From Eubacteriales bacterium (lineage in GTDB: Bacteria > Bacillota > Clostridia > Oscillospirales > CAG-382), in assembly GCA_028702135.1 (NCBI GenBank), contig JAQVPJ010000007.1, forward strand, positions 21,782 to 85,781: 64,000 nucleotides of DNA, written 5' to 3'. Shown in pieces: positions 20,098 through 28,083 of the stretch (position 1 is the first letter of the stretch; each line of letters starts with the position of its first letter). A program made the translations under genes and the position numbers. Under the pieces are notes generated by a model. It saw nothing but the letters and a program-made list of their open reading frames with translations, was not told where the DNA came from and did not search any database.

Positions 20098-20538
20098 TTA
20101 TTCTAATCCGGTCTGAAAGCTCTCCAGCCAGACAAGCAGCTTAATAGTGTTGTTATATATACTTTCTGCAACAGGTGCTTCAATAAAGCGTTCCGAGAAT
20201 TTTTTATAGGAGAACGGGTAGTCGCTCATGTAGTAAAACATAAGGTCCACCATATATTCCTCGTAATCGTCCCTTTCCTCTTCAAAGCGTTTTCCGGCTT
20301 CTGTATTTAAAAATGCATCATTATCCGCCAATTTATTCGCAAGGAAAGGTATATTATGCGATTTAGTAGCTTCCTTACCCGTATGGCAGATTATCATTCC
20401 TTTCAGCATTCTCTCGACAGATTGCTGACATAAAACCGGAACATATGAATATCTCTGCGCGTCTAAAACAATCTTTGCAGTTTCTATATCGTATTGTGAT
20501 AATTTCAGCCAATGCTCATACTTTTCATATCCTGTCAT
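20098..20538 (-). CDS. HEPN domain protein (PF05168-like), probably nuclease-degenerate
   Basis: WLxxSxxD..A, CQQSVERMLK, KSHNI; C-terminal SDYP where the family usually has RYP. Confidence 0.8.
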   Translation of the reverse strand: MTGYEKYEHWLKLSQYDIETAKIVLDAQRYSYVPVLCQQSVERMLKGMIICHTGKEATKSHNIPFLANKLADNDAFLNTEAGKRFEEERDDYEEYMVDLMFYYMSDYPFSYKKFSERFIEAPVAESIYNNTIKLLVWLESFQTGLE

Positions 20539-20540
20539 GA

Positions 20541-21455
20541 TTAACCTCTTTCGGTATTCTGTACGAGTTCACCGCTATCAACCAAATCCTTCAAAGCTCT
20601 TGTTACCGTTATGTCGTATGTGTCGCTTAATGAATACAGCTCGTCCGCCGCTTCGGAAAAAGTTTTTGGATTATTATAAGGTCTTTTTGTCGTCATCGCA
20701 TCGAAGCTGTCTGCGACCGCGATTATTCTCGCCTCGAAGGGTATCTCTTCACCCTTGAGCCCGCAGGGGTAACCCGATCCGTCCATTCTCTCATGGTGAG
20801 CATATGCAATATCGACGACTTCCTTTGAAAATCTTCCGGTAAGAAGCTTCTTTGTGTAGGTTGGATGCTTAAAAATCTCCTTAAATTCCTCGTGATTAAG
20901 AAGGCCGTTTTTAAGCAGAATCTCATCGGGCACAAAGCATTTTCCGACATCGTGGAACTTGCTCGCCATAATAAGATTATCGTTTATATTATCCATATTT
21001 ATCTTTTGTGAAATTTGTAGACAATATTCCGTTACTCTCGTGCAATGATACCTTGTATATTCGTCCTTTTCGGTGATTTTATCGATTAAATAATTCAAGT
21101 CGCCGTAAAAATCATCGAGATACTTGAAAACGGGTCCCGTCGCCAAGTACAGGATTTTCAACTCTGTATTGCTCTTTAGCAACACCTTTCCCTTCAAATC
21201 CCGAGTGTAGAAGCAGTCGTTTTTATCAAGCGTAATCTCCTCGTCATTTGCAACAAGCGTAAGATTGCCTTTGAGGATATAAAAGAATTCTATAAAATCT
21301 TCCTCTGTCGTAGGAGTAATCCACATCAGGGAATCTTTATCAATATGCTGAAGCATAATTTCCAGATTATTATGCTCCATGAGTAGAAAAAGGTCCTTTT
21401 TGTCACCCTGAACCAAAAAATCCACCTTTTCCCTTTTAATAAAAATTCCGTCCAT
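20541..21455 (-). CDS. Cupin + HD-GYP phosphodiesterase
   Basis: N-terminal cupin-like EFFYILKG..TL..NDCFY; HDVGK, HHERMDGSGYP, VADSFDAMTTKRPY all intact. Confidence 0.9.
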   Translation of the reverse strand: MDGIFIKREKVDFLVQGDKKDLFLLMEHNNLEIMLQHIDKDSLMWITPTTEEDFIEFFYILKGNLTLVANDEEITLDKNDCFYTRDLKGKVLLKSNTELKILYLATGPVFKYLDDFYGDLNYLIDKITEKDEYTRYHCTRVTEYCLQISQKINMDNINDNLIMASKFHDVGKCFVPDEILLKNGLLNHEEFKEIFKHPTYTKKLLTGRFSKEVVDIAYAHHERMDGSGYPCGLKGEEIPFEARIIAVADSFDAMTTKRPYNNPKTFSEAADELYSLSDTYDITVTRALKDLVDSGELVQNTERG

Positions 21456-21461
21456 AAGTTT

Positions 21462-21797
21462 TTACTCCAACTCCCGCTCAAAATCTATTTCTACACCGTT
21501 TTCGAGTATTTCCTCCACGATTCCCACTCTGTCATCCAACTCGGATTCGTAAAAAACCTGAGGTTGAATATCCACAGGGTATTTACTGGTGATTTTGATT
21601 ATCTTTCTATGAGCGTCAATGAGTGTCTCATTGCTTTTGATAAAAAAGGCAATGTCAATATCACTGTCCTTATTATATGTACCGCTGTAATACGAGCCGA
21701 ACAGATAAACCTTAATTACTGCGACGCATTTGACCACCCTGCTTACAACAGAGTTTATTATCTCACTTATTTCGGGTGTCAGGGAAGGCGCGTCCAT
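21462..21797 (-). CDS. Minimal nucleotidyltransferase (MNT, pol-beta superfamily)
   Basis: VYLFGSY...DSDIDIA (GS + DxD), 111 aa. Confidence 0.88.
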   Translation of the reverse strand: MDAPSLTPEISEIINSVVSRVVKCVAVIKVYLFGSYYSGTYNKDSDIDIAFFIKSNETLIDAHRKIIKITSKYPVDIQPQVFYESELDDRVGIVEEILENGVEIDFERELE

Positions 21798-22196
21798 TTA
21801 TCTTTTTATGACGATAAGCGGATCGATATAAACAATTTGACCGTTTATTTCGTAGGCCTTATACTCGCAGACCACCTCTATGCCGAGTTTGGCTGAGATA
21901 TTTATCGTTATTGCTGCAAGTGCTTCTGTTTTCGCAACAAGCTTGTCTATGTCGGGATTCTGCTCATTCATCGCTCTTTGAACGAGATTCTCTATCCTCA
22001 TATTCGTACTGTCCACAAGCTTTTGAACAAATGCAAGACGAATTAAATATCCAAAATCACTTCCGCTGTGGGATGATTTTACAACTGCAGCTTCATATAC
22101 GCCGCAATTATGAGAGGCGCCTTTTGCCGATACGGCTACAGACGCAAAAGAAAACATAAAGACAACAACCAGGATAAAAGATAAAGCTTTTTTCAT
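21798..22196 (-). CDS. Secreted hypothetical protein
   Basis: MKK + hydrophobic stretch + AVSA signal peptide; AAGGAG RBS; its stop abuts the MNT start. Confidence 0.75.
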   Translation of the reverse strand: MKKALSFILVVVFMFSFASVAVSAKGASHNCGVYEAAVVKSSHSGSDFGYLIRLAFVQKLVDSTNMRIENLVQRAMNEQNPDIDKLVAKTEALAAITINISAKLGIEVVCEYKAYEINGQIVYIDPLIVIKR

Positions 22197-22260
22197 TTTT
22201 TCATTCTCCTTTTTAAAACTACCATTATTCTATTTTAACGATAAGCTATGATATTAATAT

Positions 22261-22305
22261 AAAAAAGTTAAAATAAAAATAACAGCCGAAAACAGTTCAG
22301 CTGCC
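22261..22305 (-). terminator. Riboswitch expression-platform terminator
   Basis: Minus strand GGCAGCTGAA/TTCGGCTGTT 10-bp stem followed by ATTTTTATTTT. Confidence 0.7.
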
Positions 22306-22345
22306 AAAATAAATAATCACAGTTATACATATGTAGTTGATATTT

Positions 22346-22432
22346 ATTTCGGTAACTGGCAACCATAGAGATTATTCCCCTTAGGCCCTTTAGCTTCGCG
22401 CCCTTATCTTTCGATAAGTTTGCCTTTGCGTG
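22346..22432 (-). ncRNA. c-di-GMP-I (GEMM-I) riboswitch aptamer, variant at the A47-equivalent position
   Basis: GGCAAAC-TTATC-GAAA-GATAAG-GGCGCGAAGC-TAAAGGGCCTAA...TATGGTTGCCAGTTACC; GNRA loop, receptor, G20 and C92 equivalents present. Confidence 0.9.
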
Positions 22433-22452
22433 GGAGCTCATAGCTCAGATTC

Positions 22453-22481
22453 ATAATATCATGTATTTATTTATCTGTCAA
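22453..22481 (-). promoter_or_regulatory. sigma-A promoter of the riboswitch operon
   Basis: TTGACA-17 nt-TATTAT directly upstream of the aptamer. Confidence 0.8.
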
Positions 22482-22536
22482 TAGTTTTTAAAAAATCAAG
22501 TAAAATTGTTGTGCACCTTTTATATTGTTTTTTTCG

Positions 22537-22989
22537 TTAATGCTCTGGCTTGACAATAATAGATACTTTGCAGCAATCATCATTCATTAAAGTGCTTTCA
22601 ACAGTTATGTACTTGCTGTCGATTTTGCTAACTTCGGATAACATAGCAATCATAGGGTCAAGGCACCAACCATTACAGGGGTTCGCTCCACCCATTTTTT
22701 TTGATAGCGCACAAAGTTTACACGAAGTTGTTATGGCAACATAGCCATCATTGGTTTTTTCTACTGACCAGTTTGCGCATCCATAAATTTCTGAAAGCAT
22801 ATAGAAGACGTCTTCGACGCTTTGGATGCCCAATTGCTGATTCAAATAGGGCGCTGTCTGTGTCTGCCTCTCTTTTCGTTTTTCCACAATTTTATCCAGT
22901 GCCCTCAGTTGCTTATAGGTATTAACAGTCTCCGCGACAGATGCTGCATATGTGTTTTGCAACATAATGAGTCTTTTTTCGATTTCCAT
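22537..22989 (-). CDS. Cys-rich V4R-like hypothetical protein
   Basis: CKLC, PCNGWC, CC motifs; RBS AAGGAG. Confidence 0.55.
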   Translation of the reverse strand: MEIEKRLIMLQNTYAASVAETVNTYKQLRALDKIVEKRKERQTQTAPYLNQQLGIQSVEDVFYMLSEIYGCANWSVEKTNDGYVAITTSCKLCALSKKMGGANPCNGWCLDPMIAMLSEVSKIDSKYITVESTLMNDDCCKVSIIVKPEH

Positions 22990-23018
22990 TTTAGCTCTCC
23001 TTATTAATATTATTGTTT

Positions 23019-23031
23019 AAACGTTCGTTAG
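23019..23031 (-). promoter_or_regulatory. Putative TetR operator copy (CTAACGAACGTTT)
   Basis: Near-identical to the site at 23673-23686. Confidence 0.5.
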
Positions 23032-23094
23032 CCATCTGCGAAATATAAAACGGCATTTTATGTGCCGACTTATGCTTATATAAACATTTGAGAA

Positions 23095-23655
23095 TTATCC
23101 GCAGCTTTGCAGAATAATGGCGATCTCTTCTCTGATTTCATCCTCGGGTAAATATCGGTTTTTCACAACAATGTCTATAATCATTGTCTCAAGCAAATGA
23201 ACCAGTGTTCTTACTATTACCTTTTCATTATTAACATTTTTCGTATATGGTTTGAGAATTTCACGGTGCCTTAATAGTATACTCTTTTCCCACTCATCCA
23301 TATGATCCATCAGTTCCTCGTCGCCGTCAAACGACAGGTAAACCTTGATGCCAAGCCGATATACTTGTTTATCGTATTTGCTCAACGAGTTCAAATCGTA
23401 AATGAATTTCGTATAAAAATCTATAATATTATCAATATTCAAGAGTGATGCCTGCTTTTTTAAAAGAATAAAATATTCCTTCTTAATGATTTCATCGAAC
23501 AATTCTTTTTTATTTTTGTAATAATAATAGATCATAGGCAAAGAGCAGTTCACGTCATTAGCGATATTACGTATCGTTGTTCCGTGATAACCGTTTGCGT
23601 TGAAATGCTCAACTGCCACTTCCTTTATGCGCTCTCGTAAATCCTTTTCAACCAT
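23095..23655 (-). CDS. TetR/AcrR family transcriptional regulator
   Basis: HFNANGYHGTTIRNIANDVNCSLPMIYYYYKNKKELF HTH; start at ATG 23655 after AAGGA. Confidence 0.92.
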   Translation of the reverse strand: MVEKDLRERIKEVAVEHFNANGYHGTTIRNIANDVNCSLPMIYYYYKNKKELFDEIIKKEYFILLKKQASLLNIDNIIDFYTKFIYDLNSLSKYDKQVYRLGIKVYLSFDGDEELMDHMDEWEKSILLRHREILKPYTKNVNNEKVIVRTLVHLLETMIIDIVVKNRYLPEDEIREEIAIILQSCG

Positions 23656-23672
23656 AAGGCACATCCTTTTAC

Positions 23673-23716
23673 CTAACGTTAGTTAGAATTATAACATACA
23701 AAACATGACTTGTCAA
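23673..23716 (-). promoter_or_regulatory. Consensus sigma-A promoter with downstream palindromic operator
   Basis: TTGACA-17-TATAAT with TGn, followed by CTAACTAACGTTAG (contains the perfect palindrome CTAACGTTAG). Confidence 0.8.
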
Positions 23717-23821
23717 TAGTTTTAATATAAAATTTGGGTAATGAAAAAAATCGAATAAAATTGTGATGTACTTTTTACAGAAATTATGAAGGTATAAAGT
23801 TATTTACAATGTTAAATTTAT

Positions 23822-24688
23822 CTAAAAAAAGCTCAATTGGGAGCTTTCTTGCTCGCAAAACTTATTGAGATATTCAAAAATCTCGTTTATATCGCTCATC
23901 ACGCCATGAGCCTTGCATTCGGCATAAAAAATCTTCATTAAAAAGCTGTTATTATCGCTTGTAACCTCATAGGAATACCCATACTTGCGATGGTATTTTT
24001 CGCGTAGCTCCGGAAAATTCTCGTCCAGCTTCTTATAAAAATATTCACGGTCACCCTCGCGCAGGGTTACACCTATACCAAAGCAAATAATACCTTTTAC
24101 ACCTGCTTCAAAGCAGTAATTTAGTATTCCACGCAGATTTTCCTCGGTATCGTTGATAAAAGGCAAAATCGGGGAGAGCCACACTACTGTTGGAATACCG
24201 TTTTCCCGCAAGACTTTCAGGGTCTCAAACCGTTCTTTTGTGGTGCAGACATTTGGTTCGAGAATTTTACAAAGACTTTCATCATATGTAGTGAGTGTCA
24301 TCTGCACAACAGCTTTGGACTTACCGTTGATGCTTTTGAGTAAATCCAGGTCGCGAAGAACACGACTTGACTTAGTAATCAATGTTACGCCAAAACCGTA
24401 TCTGTCGATTATTTCAAGACATTTTCTAGTCAAACCGAGCTTTTCCTCACAGTGCATATACGGGTCACACATCGAACCAGTGCCTACCATACACTTTTTT
24501 CGTTTTGAGCGCAAAACCTTCTCAAGAAGCTCAGGAGCATTTTGCTTGACTTCAACATCCTCAAAATCATGCTTCATTTTATAACAGGTCGAGCGGCTGT
24601 CGCAATAGATACAACCATGCGTACAGCCGCGGTAGATATTCATACCGTTTTTAGCTGAGAGAATTCCTTTTGCGTTGATAAAGTGCAT
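23822..24688 (-). CDS. Radical SAM protein, spore photoproduct lyase-like family
   Basis: MNIYRGCTHGCIYCDSRS, GSMCDPY, LITKS, PILPFIND. Confidence 0.88.
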   Translation of the reverse strand: MHFINAKGILSAKNGMNIYRGCTHGCIYCDSRSTCYKMKHDFEDVEVKQNAPELLEKVLRSKRKKCMVGTGSMCDPYMHCEEKLGLTRKCLEIIDRYGFGVTLITKSSRVLRDLDLLKSINGKSKAVVQMTLTTYDESLCKILEPNVCTTKERFETLKVLRENGIPTVVWLSPILPFINDTEENLRGILNYCFEAGVKGIICFGIGVTLREGDREYFYKKLDENFPELREKYHRKYGYSYEVTSDNNSFLMKIFYAECKAHGVMSDINEIFEYLNKFCEQESSQLSFF

Positions 24689-24690
24689 TT

Positions 24691-25269
24691 TTATTTCCTC
24701 ATGATTTTCTTATGGCTAATACTCATTACACAGCGGTTACCGCCGGTTTTAACGCTCTCGATTAGCTCAACTTCTGTGTCACATTCCAGTACTGCATCAA
24801 ACAGTTTCTTTGTGTAACCGAGCGTGCAGAGACACCATGTTTTTGAGACAATACCATCCACACGCTGAACGCAATCGCAATAGCAGTGCGGATAGGAGAA
24901 AAACAGCACTGCGGTATTTTCAACAGCATTCCCCTCATGCCAAAGGCTGTGATTGCCTCCATATGCAGCATTATACTTTTCGCAGAATTCGTCAAGGCTT
25001 TCAGACTCTTGATACAGTTTTTTAACAGCTTCTATATATTTAGGAGGAGGAGTACAGGAGCAACCCATGCGGATTCGCTTTATCTGATCATCATTATAGT
25101 TGTTTTCAAGATAACTACAAACTTCGTTCGCCCACTTGAATTTTCTTTTGAAATCAGCAGATTTAGACAGATATACTATCTCTGCCATGCTGTCCGCTGC
25201 TTCTTCGCCGATATTATTTCTCACACTCTCATATAGGCGTATGGATTTTACATTATCATTTTTCGGCAT
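24691..25269 (-). CDS. DUF6144-like Cys-rich protein
   Basis: GCSC, CYCxCV, WCLCTLGY, GGNRC; start at ATG 25269 after AAGGAG. Confidence 0.65.
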   Translation of the reverse strand: MPKNDNVKSIRLYESVRNNIGEEAADSMAEIVYLSKSADFKRKFKWANEVCSYLENNYNDDQIKRIRMGCSCTPPPKYIEAVKKLYQESESLDEFCEKYNAAYGGNHSLWHEGNAVENTAVLFFSYPHCYCDCVQRVDGIVSKTWCLCTLGYTKKLFDAVLECDTEVELIESVKTGGNRCVMSISHKKIMRK

Positions 25270-26213
25270 AGCTTTTCTCCTTTTGGGCAAGTAGTGTATA
25301 CAGTGTTACCCATTTGTTTGGTTGTTCGGGTTTGTCCATCAAAATAGCTTTCTTTGTATTTGTCGCTTCAAGTATGTATTTTCCGTCTGTTTGCGGTTTA
25401 CTGTCCAATATGTTCCATACACTTTTCATTTGCGGGATATTGCCAAGCCCAAGCCTGCACATCGCATACAGAATCGTCATTATGTGAGACATTACTCCAT
25501 CAAACAACCCGATTCTAGTATCGGCAATTATCTTCCCTGGCTCGATTTTACTGTAGATCATATCCCTGCTTGTAAAATAGCTAATCAAATCATCATACTT
25601 TTTCCCGCACCGATAATTTTCGGGTAATACAGAATATAAATATAACGCCGGAACAGTCGCAGCAAAGCAGCTTTTGGGTTCTTGACCTTTATGACTGCTT
25701 TTCTTCCATTTACCAGATAACCACCGTCAAACCTGCCTTTATCAACGAAAATATCTATCATTCTTTTACGCGGGGATCTTCTAAATATCCAAGTCTGACA
25801 AGTGTACTTAAAAAGCTTACCTGACGGCAGCTGCCTAAATTATTCTCATCCAACAAATAGGCATAACCTAATTCTTTTTGAACGAAGTATTCTTGTTTTT
25901 CTTCACCCGGTGTTAAAATCCAATCGATAATCGGTATGATGCGTTCGTCATCACCCGATAAACCTAATTCAGCAAGTATGGTTAAGTAGTTGAAGGTGGT
26001 CCAATTGCCGTAATATTCAGGCTTATGGGGAAATAATCCTTCCTCGTTCCGCTTTAAAAATATCCGTTCTACATTCTTGCAATGTTCAATTTTTCCCTTT
26101 GCCACTATGACTTCTTTATTATCGCTCGAATAACCTAAAAATTCGGTTAAAGTCCTATACCGTATTGATGGTTCTTTATCTTCAAGTAGCCAACTTATTA
26201 CTTCATTATTCAC
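25256..26213 (-). pseudogene. Frameshifted gene of the prenyltransferase/alpha-toroid-like hypothetical family
   Basis: ORF 25758-26213 continues after +1 nt corrections at 25764-25767 and about 25713 into RMIDIFVDKGRFDGGYL-KWKK...SCFAATVPAL...DLISYF, joining ORF 25256-25588. Confidence 0.7.
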
Positions 26214-26505
26214 ATTGTTTCACCTCATGATATTCATATTTAAGCCTTGTCAGCCTTTCAAGCCCGTCCTTGTCCCATTCGGCAATTTTATTTTTAATCC
26301 ACTCACATGGATACTCACTACAAACACCGCAAAAATATGCGTTATGCTCTTCACAGCATTTATAAATCGCACATCCGTCAGACAATAACTTTACGCATTT
26401 GCCTTCCACTTCGCGGCAACCTTTACATTCACCACTTTTCTTGTAGCCACAATCATCACAGCAGCCACCGCAGGGGTTTATCTTAGTAAAGTCCGGTTTA
26501 TTAAC
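26206..26505 (-). CDS. DUF3795-like Cys-rich protein (non-canonical GTT start or lost start codon)
   Basis: Frame extends upstream of the called ORF: NKPDFTKINPCGGCCDDC...CKGC...CAIYKCC...FCGVCSEYPC; AAGGAG RBS precedes GTT. Confidence 0.6.
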   Translation of the reverse strand, partial: VNKPDFTKINPCGGCCDDCGYKKSGECKGCREVEGKCVKLLSDGCAIYKCCEEHNAYFCGVCSEYPCEWIKNKIAEWDKDGLERLTRLKYEYHEVKQCE

Positions 26506-26507
26506 TT

Positions 26508-27287
26508 TTAACTCTCCTTACTCATATCAAAGTATTGCCTACCGTCTTTCTCCCTAAGTCTCCCGTTTTCGGGAGACTTTATATAAGGCTGTCGGTCTTT
26601 TATATACGCATATTCAGGATATTTTGCAAGAGCGTTTCGCAAAATACAAAACAAAACAAGGTGTATCATTTTATCGTCGTCACTGTTCATGACGCAGCTT
26701 TTATTTGAAAGCCAATTCAACATTTCGTCTTTATATTTTTCTATTTCATTCTTTGCCAATTCAAACGGCAGCTCGGACAGGCAGAGCCAAAAATACCATT
26801 TTGAAAACCATAGGCGTTTCTTGTTGCCATAATGACGGTTATAATTATCGATTCGACTTTGTATCCATTCTTTTTTATATGGAGCAACAGTAGCAAGAAA
26901 GCGCAGCATAATAAGGGATGTGTCAAAGCATTCACCGACGCCGTCATCCTCGTTGCCGAAACAGGTGGTTTTCAGCCGGGAAAGCGTTTTCCCGATCATT
27001 GATTTTACTTCAGGATCATCCGACGCAAAAAGATGCAGCAGCCGCAGTATCTCAAGCTCGTACATATTGGCGGACAAAATATGTGTTTTCGGTGTCTGAT
27101 TGAATATTGTCTTGTATTTCGTTCCGTTGTTGTAAGGCGGTATAAAGAAAAGTGGATACATCTGACGTCCGTTTTCATCGGTGTTGTTTGGAAATTTCAC
27201 TCCGGTATAGAAGCGTTTCGCTTGCTCCGGAGTTGTTCTTGCCGCCGTGAGCTGACGGACAATATTTTGTTTCTGTATTTCGGTCAT
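26508..27287 (-). CDS. Hypothetical protein
   Basis: Long ORF in the operon direction; start moved to ATG 27287 after GGCGGTGAG. Confidence 0.65.
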   Translation of the reverse strand: MTEIQKQNIVRQLTAARTTPEQAKRFYTGVKFPNNTDENGRQMYPLFFIPPYNNGTKYKTIFNQTPKTHILSANMYELEILRLLHLFASDDPEVKSMIGKTLSRLKTTCFGNEDDGVGECFDTSLIMLRFLATVAPYKKEWIQSRIDNYNRHYGNKKRLWFSKWYFWLCLSELPFELAKNEIEKYKDEMLNWLSNKSCVMNSDDDKMIHLVLFCILRNALAKYPEYAYIKDRQPYIKSPENGRLREKDGRQYFDMSKES

Positions 27288-27348
27288 CTCACCGCCCTTG
27301 ATAAGGTGGTGATTGGTTTTTATCATCAACTCTGAAGCAGTCATTTCG

Positions 27349-28071
27349 TCAATCCTTATTTTTAAACAAATCAAGCCGTTCCGTCTCACAATAAGGAATT
27401 ATCAGATTTGTAACTTCCTCAGCGGTTATACCCATATTACACTCACCGGGATTATGACCGACGCCGCAATCACCGCAGGTATGGTAATCGCCACATTGCA
27501 AACAGTTTGTAAAGTTCTTCTTCTCAAGGCAAGCAAAAGTTTTTGTATAACAGCCTTGTTTGCCTTCACAATAAGACGGTGAAAAAACACCTTCCCCCCA
27601 ACCCTCTTCGACTCCATAATAGCAATGATGGTCCATAATAGCAAATTTTCTGCTACCCTCAAAATCGTTTTCATTATGCCGTTTTTCTAATAAGCATAAA
27701 TCACAGCGAATTCCACTGGGATATTCATCTAAATCCACGGTTAACTGCTCAAATGGACGGCGTTGATTGATAGATGCTGCTTTTTTTAATTTCCCGAAAA
27801 CATCATCAAGTACAGATTCATCAACTATTCGGAAAACATCCTCAATAATATTGATATGAAAAACACCATCATCAAGGGTGAAAGCAGCTAATTGTTCGCC
27901 ACATGAATTGAAAATAAGCGACTTTTTTCCATCCCAAACTTCATCAGCAACATAGAAAAACCGAATATGCCCCAGAATTTTAAAAAACGCTGAGTACGCT
28001 CCCTTTAGCATCGGTTGTAATTCCTTCGGCGGCGTTAAAATCCTTCCGTCTTCTAAAGTTATATGTTTCAT
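27349..28071 (-). CDS. Hypothetical protein with Cys-rich C-terminal domain, paralog of next gene
   Basis: GIRCDLC...CEG..GC...CL.KK....CLQCGDY..C matches the neighbour's Cys pattern. Confidence 0.65.
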   Translation of the reverse strand: MKHITLEDGRILTPPKELQPMLKGAYSAFFKILGHIRFFYVADEVWDGKKSLIFNSCGEQLAAFTLDDGVFHINIIEDVFRIVDESVLDDVFGKLKKAASINQRRPFEQLTVDLDEYPSGIRCDLCLLEKRHNENDFEGSRKFAIMDHHCYYGVEEGWGEGVFSPSYCEGKQGCYTKTFACLEKKNFTNCLQCGDYHTCGDCGVGHNPGECNMGITAEEVTNLIIPYCETERLDLFKNKD

Positions 28072-28083
28072 TTTACAATCACC

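Noticed and set aside
20098-21797. Ordinary HepT/MntA toxin-antitoxin pair
   Set aside because: The genes are not adjacent, the HEPN lacks the expected Arg, and expression is under a riboswitch; kept as an alternative in the findings but not called as a TA feature
25700-25770. Programmed ribosomal frameshift
   Set aside because: Two separate corrections are needed and there is no slippery heptamer with a stimulator; decay or sequencing error is more likely
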